Source: Aureliella sp. (GTDB taxonomy: Bacteria; Planctomycetota; Planctomycetia; Pirellulales; Pirellulaceae). From it: a stretch of DNA of 64,000 nt. Location of the stretch: contig OY829846.1 of assembly GCA_963691875.1 (NCBI GenBank), positions 1,408,001 to 1,472,000 of the forward strand, in the 5' to 3' direction. The notes beneath the pieces were generated by a model. It ran no database searches. It saw nothing but the letters and a program-made list of their open reading frames with translations, and was not told where the DNA came from. The position numbers and the translations under genes are program-made. Shown piece by piece: positions 51,036 to 61,945 of this stretch (the stretch's first letter is position 1; each line of letters starts with the position of its first letter).

Positions 51036-53318
51036 CTAGGTCTCCTCAACAATGATGACATTGCCACGCACTTCAACAACTTGCACCGGCACGCCTTCGC
51101 TGATCAACTTACCCGCGCCGACAACTTGTACGATATCACGCCCGAACTGTGCTTTGCCTGATGGATTGAGACGTGTGACTGTCAAGCCGGATTGGCCCAA
51201 CAAATGGTCGCGATAAGCCAAGGACTCTCGTTCATCCAGGTCTTCGGCACTTTCTGGATTGAGTGCGATCAACCGGAACATCGGCAAGTGCTCCAAGTGC
51301 TTGTGCATGAATAGCAAGCTGATCATTCCTGCCAATGCCATGCATGCCGTCCAAAACAAGTTGGAGGCGACTTCGCCAAGTTCCGCAGAGGTGGTGGGCC
51401 AGATAAAAGTCTGGCTCGCCAGCACGACGGACACGAATAGCATCAAAAGTCCTGTGATCCCAAAGATGCCAAAACCCGGCACGACGAAAATCTCAAATGC
51501 CAGACAGAACAGTCCTCCTAAGAAGAGCAGGATCTCCAGCATTTCCACGTTGCCGTTAAAACCCTCAATCCAAAAGAATCCCAAGAAGCAAAGGCCGGAT
51601 AGCAAAGCACCCGCCCCCATGCCAGGACTTCCTAATTCCGCCATCAAAGCAAAGAAACCAATGGTAAGCAGCAGTCGTGGCAGCCAGCCCTGGGCCAACA
51701 AGGTCGCGACGATACCATCGATCCAAGGTGTATCGAGCTCTTTGAGCTGCTGGTCGACGCCCAAGTTGCTGAGTGCCTCTGACACAGATTTTGCAGAGCC
51801 ATCAACCAAGCGGTACTCGACCGCGATTTCTGAAGGAATCGCCTCACCGCCAGCAACCTTTTTGCGTGACTCCCAATTTGCTTTGTCCTTAAGGGCATCC
51901 ATTTCCCAATCTGCAAACAATTGTCTACGCCCATTATCTTGATTGACATACTGCTTTACGGTCACCTTCGCACTGAGCAGACTAGACATCAGTGAAACGG
52001 GGCGTTGCGTCATGGTATTCAAGAAATCGAGAAAACCCAAGACGCCTTCATCCAACTCGATAGCTTCGGAGGCTGGTGGACCAAGCGTTGCATCTCCGAT
52101 CAATACGCATTCTTGGCAAGCCGCAGCGATCAGCCCTGAAGCCCCCACTAAAGGTTCTTCAACAAGACCGAGCGTGTAGATTTTATCGTTGTTCAGATCC
52201 GCAAGGAAACCAGCCAACCTGGAGGCCGACTTGAAGTCACACTCCATCTGATTGAGCTTGAGCACCAACAGGTTGATCCCCTCACTGCTCACTTGTTCGT
52301 TAATCGCACGAATTATTTGATTCACTCGAGATGTTTCAAGTTTCTCACCCACAGTTAACGAGATGCCAGTCCACTCGCGTGGAAGTTGCCGCACTGTTCG
52401 CAAATTTCCACTCAGCCCCAATTGCCGGGCTAGTTCAGCCTCACTCGTGACGGTCGCTGCGATCAGAGAATACGGCCTTCGCAATTTCGCACCGGAATAG
52501 TCTGCAAGACTCCCACCAGGCCAGAACGTTTGTTCATCTAGTAGTTTGGCTGCGTCTTCGAGCTCTTGCTTCTTTTCGCGACCGACGAACATCTCCAGGT
52601 CTTCGGTCGTCTTAACCCAGTACACTTCGCGTTTGGAATCGAGCATGGAGAGCGCAATCGCTTGAGGAAGCGAGCCTCCATTGGCCATTGTCTCGTAGGC
52701 CGACTCAACGATTCGGTCGAACTGGCCATCACCTTCGGTAGCACGACCAATTCGAGCCTCGGGAGCCATGTACATATCTTCACAGGCAAGAATCGGGAGG
52801 ACGCCATGTCCAAAAACGTCGTTCGGTAAGTACGCGATGGTACGAACTTTTCTAGCGGCAGAATCCTTGCTGAGAAATCTCGCTAGTTGCAAGCAGCGTT
52901 CAAACTGGACGCCTTGCCCTTGATTACCTCGCTTGTTGGAATCGTCCGTTGCATCCAACGACTTTGCTTGGAAACGCAGGACGACAATCGCACGTTTTCC
53001 GCCCGCCGGCTGAGAACCGGAAATCTGCCTAATCTGCTGGACTACTGCATCGGCTCGATTTCCGACCAGCGGCAAGTCAACTTTGACGAGATAGCCTTTG
53101 CGTTCAGTTTTTGGGTTGGCTTCGGTATTGTCCTGAGCTGGACCAAGATTCGCGAGCATCAGAAAAACTGCGCCAATGCGTAAAAACAACTGTTTTCCCA
53201 GTGGCCCGGATTGTCTACCCCGAGCGAAAGCCCAAGCTGGTCGCTCGGCAATCGATTTGTGGAAAGCAATCATGGATCTTGCGGCTGTCATTGGGTTTTC
53301 GATTGAGGACTCGTCCAT
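51036..53318 (-). CDS. NfeD-family membrane protein (two ClpP/crotonase-like domains, TM region, OB fold)
   Basis: LACEDMYMAPEARIG, AELGSPG, FEIFVVPGFG.FG, G.TVTRLNPSGKA. Confidence 0.85.
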   Translation of the reverse strand: MDESSIENPMTAARSMIAFHKSIAERPAWAFARGRQSGPLGKQLFLRIGAVFLMLANLGPAQDNTEANPKTERKGYLVKVDLPLVGNRADAVVQQIRQISGSQPAGGKRAIVVLRFQAKSLDATDDSNKRGNQGQGVQFERCLQLARFLSKDSAARKVRTIAYLPNDVFGHGVLPILACEDMYMAPEARIGRATEGDGQFDRIVESAYETMANGGSLPQAIALSMLDSKREVYWVKTTEDLEMFVGREKKQELEDAAKLLDEQTFWPGGSLADYSGAKLRRPYSLIAATVTSEAELARQLGLSGNLRTVRQLPREWTGISLTVGEKLETSRVNQIIRAINEQVSSEGINLLVLKLNQMECDFKSASRLAGFLADLNNDKIYTLGLVEEPLVGASGLIAAACQECVLIGDATLGPPASEAIELDEGVLGFLDFLNTMTQRPVSLMSSLLSAKVTVKQYVNQDNGRRQLFADWEMDALKDKANWESRKKVAGGEAIPSEIAVEYRLVDGSAKSVSEALSNLGVDQQLKELDTPWIDGIVATLLAQGWLPRLLLTIGFFALMAELGSPGMGAGALLSGLCFLGFFWIEGFNGNVEMLEILLFLGGLFCLAFEIFVVPGFGIFGITGLLMLFVSVVLASQTFIWPTTSAELGEVASNLFWTACMALAGMISLLFMHKHLEHLPMFRLIALNPESAEDLDERESLAYRDHLLGQSGLTVTRLNPSGKAQFGRDIVQVVGAGKLISEGVPVQVVEVRGNVIIVEET

Positions 53319-53632
53319 AAAAACTGCCTTGCCAGCGTTATCTTGCCAGGATCATCCATGTGGACTTTGTGCAAGACGCATCACTCCTCTCGCCATTCTA
53401 ACGTCTGTATCACAAGCGATGCCTAGCAGGCTGGCATGCCAGCGACGAAATACTGGGATGCAGTTCGTCCCAGCTCTTGATTCTTCGGCCAAAAAACCTT
53501 GCAGGTTGGGCGTCGAAATGCCGTGATTTTCAGCCGTTCTAAGTGTCCTGAGACGTCAAGCGTTATTCCGCTACCGCCTGCTATTGCCCTGGTGCCCGCG
53601 AGATATCCGCTTAACGGAGAGTGCTGCAGGAT

Positions 53633-54781
53633 TTAGCTGACTTCCAGCATGCGTTCCAGAGCAACCAAGGAATAGTACGATATCTCTTCATTAACCGTAA
53701 TCGAGTTGACTACATCACCTTCAACAAGATTCTCACATGCCCAAGCTAGATGTGCTAGATCGATTCGATACATCGTTGCACACATGCAGACCACCGGACT
53801 CAGGAAATAAATTTCTTGCTCCGGGTGCTCCTTTTTCAAACGGTTTACCAAGTGCAACTCGGTGCCAATGGCCCATTTGGTCCCAGCAGGAGAGTCTTCG
53901 ACCGTCTTGAGAATCTTTCCCGTCGAACCTGAGATATCGGCAATATCGTTGACTTCTTGAGGGCACTCGGGGTGCACCATGATCTTGATGCCTGGATTAT
54001 TCTTGCGAAATTGCTCCACATGTTCAGGACGAAACATTTGATGTACGCTGCAGTGCCCTTTCCAGAGCACTACTTTGCTTCCGGAGATAGCTTCATCAGT
54101 ATTGCCACCCAGATCCTCCTCGTAAGGATTCCACACCGGCATCTGGTCATTGGTGATCCCCATGGTCAGAGCCGTGTTACGCCCCAGGTGCTGATCCGGA
54201 AAGAAGAAGACGCGATCGCCTCTCTCGTACGCCCATTCCATCACCGCGGCGGCGTTGCTACTAGTGCAAACAATTCCTCCGTGCTTTCCGCAAAATGCCT
54301 TCAAGCTGGCCGCGGAATTAATGTAAGTAACGGGAATCATTTCCGAAGTGTCGATCACTTCGCCGAGCTGTTGCCAAGCTTCTTCGACTTGCCGAATTCC
54401 TGCCATATCGGCCATTGAGCAGCCGGCTGCCATGTCCGGCAGAATGACTTTGACACGCAGCCCTTCTCGCTCGACGAGCTTCTCGGGACGATTGGCCAGG
54501 ATGTCGGCCGTCTCAGCCATAAAGTGGACACCGCAAAAGATAATGTTGCGGCAGTCTTTGCTATTCGCCGCCATCTGGCTCAGCTGATAACTGTCACCTC
54601 GAAGATCTGCGTGCTCGATCACTTCATCCTGTTGGTAATGATGCCCCAGGATGAGCAGCTTCTCTCCAAGCTTTTCTCGAGCAGCAGTAATGCGAGCCGA
54701 AAGCTCCTCGTTGGCCAGCGACTTGTAATCGCTCAGCGGGAATTTCCCAGCTGAAGAAGGGAGGATAGGTGCAATGGCCAT
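53633..54781 (-). CDS. nadA: Quinolinate synthase
   Basis: GHHYQ, CGVHFMAETA, AGCSMADM, YINS, FFPDQHLG, VHPEC. Confidence 0.97.
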   Translation of the reverse strand: MAIAPILPSSAGKFPLSDYKSLANEELSARITAAREKLGEKLLILGHHYQQDEVIEHADLRGDSYQLSQMAANSKDCRNIIFCGVHFMAETADILANRPEKLVEREGLRVKVILPDMAAGCSMADMAGIRQVEEAWQQLGEVIDTSEMIPVTYINSAASLKAFCGKHGGIVCTSSNAAAVMEWAYERGDRVFFFPDQHLGRNTALTMGITNDQMPVWNPYEEDLGGNTDEAISGSKVVLWKGHCSVHQMFRPEHVEQFRKNNPGIKIMVHPECPQEVNDIADISGSTGKILKTVEDSPAGTKWAIGTELHLVNRLKKEHPEQEIYFLSPVVCMCATMYRIDLAHLAWACENLVEGDVVNSITVNEEISYYSLVALERMLEVS

Positions 54782-54934
54782 GTGATTGAACGTGCTTTAG
54801 AGGACTTTTTATATCTAGGAATGCCACATTATCTCGACTTGGGCAAGGAAGAACAAGGCGAGCCCAGAGTCGATGTAGTTGACTTCGCCAGAAGTCCTTG
54901 TGCCTGTCTGCGGACGAGGAATTCTGGTAGCCCC

Positions 54935-55732
54935 CTACGAGCGAAGGTAGTCAGGCAGGTCAGGTTGTTGCCAGATACTCATGCCGCCGTCGACGAGCAG
55001 CGTCTGCCCCTGAACATGCTCAGCTTCGTCACTCAACAAAAACAACGCCGCCGACGCACAAGCCTCGGGCCCCGGAACGGATTGATTGGGAGTATGCAAC
55101 CTCATCCACTCCATTGCCTCCGGATCTTGGCTCAGAACCGGGGCCGTCAGTGGTGTGACAACCAACCCAGGAGCCATTGCATTTACACGAATCTTGTTCG
55201 GAGCCAGGGCAACACAAAGAGAGCGAACCATCGCGTGCACAGCACCCTTGCTACTGTCGTAAGCGGTATGGTCCGCTTCAGCCAATAACCCGTTGATCGA
55301 TCCGGTAAATAGCACGCGACCAGCTACTCCACTAGCAACCCACGTACGAGCAAACGCCTGTGTTAAAAAGTATCCCGCAAAAACGTTGAGCTGCATCGTG
55401 CGATCAAAGGTAGCTACATCCATCTCAAGGAACGGTTTGTCGCAGAATGTCCCTGCGTTATTCACCAGGATTGATACTTGCGACAGATCGGGTAACTGGG
55501 CGAGCAGCTGCGGAATGCACTGCTCAGACGGAAGCGATAAGTCCTGAAAGACAGCTTCGGCCTTAACGCCGTGGGTACGACAGCGTCCCAAAGATTCTTG
55601 GCAAATTTCGTCATCGGCAAGACCATGCAAGATGACGTCACAACCGACTTTGGCCAAACACTCCGCAATGGCGGCACCAACACCTTGGGTGCCCCCAGTA
55701 ATCAGTGCCTTGCGGCCATCCAGTCGCATCAT
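54935..55732 (-). CDS. Short-chain dehydrogenase/reductase
   Basis: TGGTQGVG, NNAG, YDSSK, RVNAMAPG, VDGG. Confidence 0.92.
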   Translation of the reverse strand: MMRLDGRKALITGGTQGVGAAIAECLAKVGCDVILHGLADDEICQESLGRCRTHGVKAEAVFQDLSLPSEQCIPQLLAQLPDLSQVSILVNNAGTFCDKPFLEMDVATFDRTMQLNVFAGYFLTQAFARTWVASGVAGRVLFTGSINGLLAEADHTAYDSSKGAVHAMVRSLCVALAPNKIRVNAMAPGLVVTPLTAPVLSQDPEAMEWMRLHTPNQSVPGPEACASAALFLLSDEAEHVQGQTLLVDGGMSIWQQPDLPDYLRS

Positions 55733-55741
55733 AACTTCGAC

Positions 55742-57529
55742 TTACGGAGTCTTCGTGACGTAAACAAAGTATGCACCGTGAATGGTGCCGTCGTCGCCAA
55801 TGAACTGAGTCGTCAACTTCGTCTTGCCCGCATTCAATTTGAGATCAAAATTAACTTCTTTAGAACTCGCGTCAATCGCTTTGGTGAAACGTTGATCGCC
55901 AATCGAAATAATGGCCTTTGTTGGATGAATAGCCGCCCCCGGTGTGACTCGAAAAGCCTTCTGCCCAGGGACTGCAGCTCCTGCAGGCAGCGAAGCATTG
56001 ATCGGCATATCAATTTCCTCAGGCCAGCGTCTCAGGCGAAAAGTATAGTGTCCGTCTTCGACAACTTCGACGTTCCAGAATCCAGTATTGCGATCACCAT
56101 TGGTCGCGCGACGCACGTGGCCTTGATTCCACGGAGTCGAACCGGTTGTGATCCAATCGTGCGAAGTCAGACGAGCAGGATTTTCTCCTGGATGCCCTAT
56201 ATAGATTGCCGTTGCGTTCGAGAAAGTCGGCAACAACTCTTCCCACCAAGCGTCATAAAAAGCGGTCAGGCGAGCAACTACTTCCGGATGTCCGCTGGCG
56301 ACATTGCTCTTTTGGCCAGGATCGGACGTCATGTCGTAGAGTTCTTTTCCGTTGACCAGTCGCCATTGCGAAGTCATCACAGCACTCTTCCGCCACTTTA
56401 TTGGATCCTTTACACGCTGCGAGTCCGTTACCAAAATCCGATCGGGCCAGTCAGCCGCTTTGCTCTCAAGCAAAGCTCGAATCGAAGTTCCATCGAACTT
56501 AACGCCTGCAGGCGATGAGATACCGCAGAGATCAATCAAAGTTGGCACAACGTCAACATGAGCCGTCAATGCCCTCACGTCACGCGCTTCGTCAAGTCCG
56601 CCAGCTGGCCAGCGTAGGAAGAGGGGAACGCGGTGGCCGCCATCGTACTCGGAGCCCTTCTGACCTCGCATCCCGGCATTGAAAACTTTGGAACCGGATG
56701 AAGTCCCGTTGTCCGTGGTGAAAATGAAAATGGTGTTCTCAGCCAAACCTTCCTTGGCTAGAAAGCTTCGCAAGTCACCGACGTTTTTGTCGATGTTTGC
56801 GATCATGCCATAGAAGTTAGCAACACCGACACCTTTGTCTGTGTAGGGCTGGCTAAACTCCTCAGGCGAATGCATCGGCCCGTGTGGAGCGTTGGTAGCT
56901 ATGTATGCCAAGAAGGGCTTGCCAGCTTCCTTCTGAGACTTAATGAATCGCTTGGCGTAGTCAAAAAAGACATCAGTACAGAAGCCTTTAACGGGCTCGG
57001 GTGTACCATTGTGCCAGTAGCTACCGTCGAAGTAGGCGTTGTCCCAGTAGTCTGGAGTTTGCCCAACGCCGCCACCGCCGTGCCGCATGACTTCAGTGTA
57101 ACCGCGATCTTCCGGACGAAACGGGTAGTTGTCACCCAAGTGCCATTTGCCAAACATGCCTGTTGCGTAACCGGCGTCTTTGAAGATTTGCCCCATCGTC
57201 ACTTCGTTCTTGCGAAGCATGCTGCGGCCCATAATCGTATGCCAGACACCGGTCCGATTCGTCCAGTGACCAGTCAGAAACGCGCTTCGAGTCGGAGAAC
57301 AGGTTGGTGAGACGTGATAGTCAGTCAGCCGCAATGACTCGTCATGCAGCGCATCTAAATTGGGAGTCCTCAGCACGGTGTTTCCGTGGCAAGACAGATC
57401 TCCGTAGCCTTGGTCGTCCGTAATGACGATCACCACATTGGGTTTTTCCGCCGCAAGTGAGGATGGCAAAAACAGGTTGCTGAATGCAATCGTTGCAAAC
57501 AGAAGAAGGGAAGAGACTGAGAGCTTCAT
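55742..57529 (-). CDS. Arylsulfatase (S1 family)
   Basis: PNVVIVITDDQGYGD, CSPTR, GKWHLG, TDNG, YDGGHRVP. Confidence 0.93.
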   Translation of the reverse strand: MKLSVSSLLLFATIAFSNLFLPSSLAAEKPNVVIVITDDQGYGDLSCHGNTVLRTPNLDALHDESLRLTDYHVSPTCSPTRSAFLTGHWTNRTGVWHTIMGRSMLRKNEVTMGQIFKDAGYATGMFGKWHLGDNYPFRPEDRGYTEVMRHGGGGVGQTPDYWDNAYFDGSYWHNGTPEPVKGFCTDVFFDYAKRFIKSQKEAGKPFLAYIATNAPHGPMHSPEEFSQPYTDKGVGVANFYGMIANIDKNVGDLRSFLAKEGLAENTIFIFTTDNGTSSGSKVFNAGMRGQKGSEYDGGHRVPLFLRWPAGGLDEARDVRALTAHVDVVPTLIDLCGISSPAGVKFDGTSIRALLESKAADWPDRILVTDSQRVKDPIKWRKSAVMTSQWRLVNGKELYDMTSDPGQKSNVASGHPEVVARLTAFYDAWWEELLPTFSNATAIYIGHPGENPARLTSHDWITTGSTPWNQGHVRRATNGDRNTGFWNVEVVEDGHYTFRLRRWPEEIDMPINASLPAGAAVPGQKAFRVTPGAAIHPTKAIISIGDQRFTKAIDASSKEVNFDLKLNAGKTKLTTQFIGDDGTIHGAYFVYVTKTP

Positions 57530-57660
57530 GGCTTTGACTTAAGGGGATGGATTGAAGGGAGAGACATTCTAGATCATATCGCGGCTGTTTGCAGGAACCT
57601 CCCAGTTCACACTCAGGGCTAATCAAAGATTGATTCGAGGTAATTCGCTGGCAAGATAAC

Positions 57661-57720
57661 TCACCTTCCCTTTCCAAGCGGGCCTACGCGTAGCGAGGAG
57701 TCGGGGAATTCTGGGAGGGT
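57661..57720 (-). repeat. REP-like structured element, copy B
   Basis: Reverse complement aligns with 34248-34305 and has the same stem layout. Confidence 0.7.
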
Positions 57721-57896
57721 AGGGGCAACTAGCGGCTGCGAGGGATTCTCTCCCTATTTCAAACAGAGCCGCTTTAACATGGCTATGATAGTAATCTTCG
57801 TTAAGATGCCTTGAGCGTGCGTAGATTCACGTCGTCTTGTACTATCCCGACGCGGTTCGTTTCGATTCCTTTTCTCCCTCACGATGAGAACGCGTA

Positions 57897-59276
57897 GTGA
57901 AGATTCCCTCGATTTTGGTTTTCTGCTCGATTTTATTTCTCCCCCATCTCTCGTTTGCCCAAGACGAGCGGCGAACAGTCCTACCTGAAAATGCCTTGTC
58001 TGCTTATCTAGACAAGGCAGATGAGAGCTATCGCTGGGAGTTGCGTGAAGAATTGGAAGTGGGTGGATGCGATGTTCTTCGGCTACATATGACTTCGCAA
58101 ACGTGGCAGAACGTGCCTTGGCGACACATCATGTATGTGATTCGTCCGCAGCAGATAGATAAATCCCGAACAGATGGAGTTCTGTTGATCGGTGGTAGTC
58201 GCTGGCAAGCAGGTTGGCCGGACAACGGCCCCGCATCCGTTGAATTGCGTGGCGAGGCTCAATTGATGGCGGCGGTGGCCCAGCAATTTGGCTGTGTAAT
58301 CGGAGTGCTGCTGCAAGTTCCTTTTCAGCCAATGATGGGCGATAAGTACGAAGATGAGATTATCGCGGCCACTTTTGCTCAGTATCTCAAGACGGGCGAT
58401 CCTGAATGGCCTTTGCTTTTGCCGATGGTGAAATCGGCAGTGCGAGGCATGGATACCGTTGTTGCTGCCTCGCAAAAGCACTGGAAGCTGACCGTGAACG
58501 AGTTTACCGTGACGGGAGCTTCCAAACGCGGTTGGACAACTTGGCTCACTGGTGCATCGGACTCGAGAGCTACAGCCATAGCTCCGATCGTGATTGATAT
58601 GCTCAACATGAACGTCCAGATGAAGCATCAGCTTGCAGCTTGGGGCAAGTACTCCGAGCAGATTGGCGACTATACGGAATTAGACTTGCCCAAGTACTTG
58701 GACACGCCTCAAGGAAAAGAACTGCAAACAATCGTCGATCCGTTTTCCTATCGCAAGAGTCTCAAACAACCAAAGCTGTTGATCTTCGGTACAAACGATC
58801 GTTACTGGCCCGTGGACGCGTCCAGCCAATATTGGGAAGAGTTGGAAGGGCCAAAGTACATGCTGCAAGTTCCCAATCAGGGGCATAGTATCGACGACTA
58901 CGGACGCTTGATTGGGACGCTGGCCAGTTTGCACCGCAGCCTGCACGGTGACGAGAAGCTACCTGAGTTGAATTGGCAGTTCACGGAAACGGACAGTAAA
59001 GTCACTCTTCAGATTCGAGCCAACGGCCCGGTCGACAAGGTATCGGTCTGGAAGGCTGACAGATCGGATCGCGATTTTCGCGAGGCAAAATGGAGCAAGC
59101 ATCCCACCAAACGCATCGCCGACGACCTGTTTGAATACGAATTCGCCAGGCCAGCGAGTGGCAATGTCGCCATTTTCGGCGAAGTCCTGACTCGCAGCAA
59201 ATTCATGCCCGGATTCTTTTCCACCACCGTCGGCGTCTTTTCTGCCAAAGAATCATCAGAAGCGGACAAGCCCTAA
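57897..59276 (+). CDS. PqaA (PhoPQ-activated) family hydrolase
   Basis: MTSQTWQ, EDEIIA, PMVKSAVRGMD, GASKRGWTTW, PNQGH. Confidence 0.9.
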   Translation: MKIPSILVFCSILFLPHLSFAQDERRTVLPENALSAYLDKADESYRWELREELEVGGCDVLRLHMTSQTWQNVPWRHIMYVIRPQQIDKSRTDGVLLIGGSRWQAGWPDNGPASVELRGEAQLMAAVAQQFGCVIGVLLQVPFQPMMGDKYEDEIIAATFAQYLKTGDPEWPLLLPMVKSAVRGMDTVVAASQKHWKLTVNEFTVTGASKRGWTTWLTGASDSRATAIAPIVIDMLNMNVQMKHQLAAWGKYSEQIGDYTELDLPKYLDTPQGKELQTIVDPFSYRKSLKQPKLLIFGTNDRYWPVDASSQYWEELEGPKYMLQVPNQGHSIDDYGRLIGTLASLHRSLHGDEKLPELNWQFTETDSKVTLQIRANGPVDKVSVWKADRSDRDFREAKWSKHPTKRIADDLFEYEFARPASGNVAIFGEVLTRSKFMPGFFSTTVGVFSAKESSEADKP

Positions 59277-59363
59277 GACCACTTTGATTGCGCACGAATG
59301 GATCCATCGGGGTAAATGAAATACATCTACTGCTCTTTCTAGTTTCACAGATAGATGTACCTT

Positions 59364-60658
59364 CGACCTACTGTTTAAAACTGGTCATGCATTATTTAGA
59401 TTTCAGAGCATTTTTGCGAGGATGTCTATATGAGTTCCAAGCGACGTAAACGGCACACGCCAGAGAACATTGTCAAGAAGCTTCGAGACGCTGAAGCGAT
59501 GCTTTATCTCCCGTAAGAACGAAGCATCCGTCCTTAAAACGCGCGGAATTAGCCAAGCAACCTTCGACCGCTGGCAGACGCAATACAGAGGGATGCAGGC
59601 AGAAGAAGCTAAACGCCTGAAAGAGGTCGAAGACGAGAAACGCCCATTGAATTAACTGGTAGCGAACAAAGAATTGGATATCCAGACGCTTAAGCGCATC
59701 GCAGAGTGAAACTGGCGTGCCCTTCGCGTCGTCGACAAGCCGTTGAGCAATTGCAAGATGCTTAATTGGGATCGGAGCGAAAGGCTTGCAAGGTCATTGG
59801 CCGAGCGCGCGGTAGCCAATGCTACTAAGCAAGTTCAAGTTACGACAAGCGGCCCGTGGTAGCACGCATGCTTGAGCTTGTTCAGAAGTTTCCTCGTTAC
59901 GGCAACCGTCGGTTCGCAGATTTGTTACGGCGAGAGCGTTGGTATGCGAGCGACACACGCGCGTATCGTTTTTGGCGTCGAGAAGGCCTCAAAGTACCAC
60001 AGAAGAAGCGAAAGCAGAGACTTATGGGAGTCATAAGTGCTAACGATTGCCATCTCACACACGCCGAACACCTCAATCATGTTTGGGGCTGGGACTTTGC
60101 CTTCGACGGCAAGGCCAACGGCACTACTTTGACGTTATTTTCTGTGATCGACGAGTACACACGAGAGAGTTTGGCCTTAGAAGTGGAACACAATTTCACG
60201 AGCGCCGACGTCGTTGACACACTTGCTGAGCTCCTTGCAATGCGGGGTGTTCCGCAAAACATTCGCTGCGACAACGGCCCTGACTTCATTGCAAACGTAC
60301 TGCGAGGCTGGCGTGAGCAGCTCGGTGTTACGACACCGTACATCGAGCCTGGTAGTGTATGGAAAACGGTTATGCCGAGAGTTTCTTCAGCCACTTTTGA
60401 GACGACTTCCTCACGACAGAGGAGTTCGAGTCCCTGGTCGACGCTCGCATGCCAACCAAGGCCTGGCAGCACAAAAACAACTATTACCGTCGACACAGCT
60501 CGCTCGAATATTGGACATCGAGCGAGTTCGCGACTTACTGCACTGCTTTCGAGAAGGCTACGCCTTCTCGGAAGCGGCACACCGAACCAACTTTTGTCTT
60601 ACCACTTACCCTAAGCCAGATCCTCATAACACCTGGTACAGAAAACTAAGACTGGTCA
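59364..60658 (+). mobile_element. Degenerate IS3-family insertion sequence; left end approximate
   Basis: OrfA from ATG 59430 (MSSKRRKRHTPENIVKKLRDA..., TFDRW..QY.GM...KRLKE.E.E); OrfB PRYG.RR, NHVWGWDF, IDEYTRESLA, IRCDNGPDF, YIEPGS.W; multiple stops and frameshifts; ends ...GACTGGTCA. Confidence 0.9.
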
Positions 60659-60888
60659 GCGGCGCAACGATTGCGATTCATGCATATGTCGCAGATTGCG
60701 ATTCGGTCACAGCTGGAATGAAAGATCTCGGAGCTTCTGTCCTTCTTGAGCCTACCGATAATTTCTGTGATGAAAGATTCTCTCTTGTGAAAGACCCGTT
60801 TTGGCAACGGTGGGGACTGGAAACATTATCGCGGGAAATGACACCTAGGGGGATTGAAAAGGCAGCTCCTAAGTTGCTGCGCGATTGA
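60659..60888 (+). pseudogene. VOC/glyoxalase (PhnB-like) C-terminal half
   Basis: HAYVADCD...GASVLLEPTDNF..ER...VKDPF..RW, starting directly at the IS right end. Confidence 0.7.
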
Positions 60889-61153
60889 ATAGTCGCCGTT
60901 TCGTCTCCTACGAGACTTTCTCCGCCCCCCCGCACTCGGGCTCAGGACCGTTATCAACCGAATAGCTGTCTTCTACCGAACGTGGTTCGTATGGTTCTTC
61001 TACCGTTTACTGTCGTCGCCTGATACCTCGACGAGCCATAAATCTGTGTTGACTCGGGCTCTGGTGGAGTAGTACATCCACACCCAACTTTTTTCGTGTG
61101 GAAATCACGAACAAGTGGTTTTGCCCAGCCTTCCTAAAGCCCCGGATTGCCCA

Positions 61154-61942
61154 ATGGCGTCAGTACCTGCCACTCCTCTTTCCTCTGACAAGTCAAACAG
61201 CACGATCAAGACGGGCGAATACGCCGAGCGTGGCGACTACCACCGCGTATTAGACAAAAACTGGAAATACTATCCGGTTTACGTCGAGAAAATGAGACTC
61301 GTACGAGACTATCTTGACGGTTGCTCTGCTGATGAGCGGATCGCCGATTTAGGATGCGGAGAAGGCTTGTTGACGGAGGAATACCAGGGCAAGGGATACG
61401 ACATCTTTGGCTTGGACTTCAATTTTGAATCCAAGTTCGTCATGCGAGGCGACATCACCAACCTGGATTTCGACACAGATTCTCTGGACCGAGTCTTGTC
61501 GCTGGATGTAATCGAGCACCTAGATTTTGAGCAGCAAGTGTCGGCGATCAACGAAATGTATCGGGTACTAAAGCCTGGCGGCCATGCCATGCTTTCGATT
61601 CCGAATCTCGCGCACTTCGCTTCACGCTGTACATTTGCAGGACTCGGCAAGCTCATTCGTACTTCAACCATCGACCGTCACAAGGGCGATCGACCAATCG
61701 GTGAATACGTTGACCTTTGCAAGCAAGCAGGATTCCGAGTCCTCTCGCGACGCGGCGTGTTCCCGACTTTGCCGTTGCTTTCAATCGCGACTTATCTTGC
61801 ACCATCTCGAGTCATCGCGATGCACAGGCTCTACAACACCGTAGTACGAATCCCTGGTATTTGCTTCTTAAATTTGATCGAAATGCGAAAAGACCAAAGC
61901 AGTTCAGCGGCTCCGCCAAGTTCGAATCAAAAAGCTGCCTAG
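61154..61942 (+). CDS. Class I SAM-dependent methyltransferase
   Basis: IADLGCGEG, GDIT.LDF, DVIEHL, RVLKPGG, SIPN. Confidence 0.9.
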   Translation: MASVPATPLSSDKSNSTIKTGEYAERGDYHRVLDKNWKYYPVYVEKMRLVRDYLDGCSADERIADLGCGEGLLTEEYQGKGYDIFGLDFNFESKFVMRGDITNLDFDTDSLDRVLSLDVIEHLDFEQQVSAINEMYRVLKPGGHAMLSIPNLAHFASRCTFAGLGKLIRTSTIDRHKGDRPIGEYVDLCKQAGFRVLSRRGVFPTLPLLSIATYLAPSRVIAMHRLYNTVVRIPGICFLNLIEMRKDQSSSAAPPSSNQKAA

Positions 61943-61945
61943 CGG

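Noticed and set aside
55571..56518. Long antisense ORFs (also 7114-7803, 28342-28962 and 51259-51942)
   Set aside because: They shadow well-supported genes on the opposite strand and show no recognisable motifs.
53337..57660. Shared 13-mer CTGGCAAGATAAC in two intergenic regions
   Set aside because: Many 13-mer matches are expected by chance in 64 kb on both strands.
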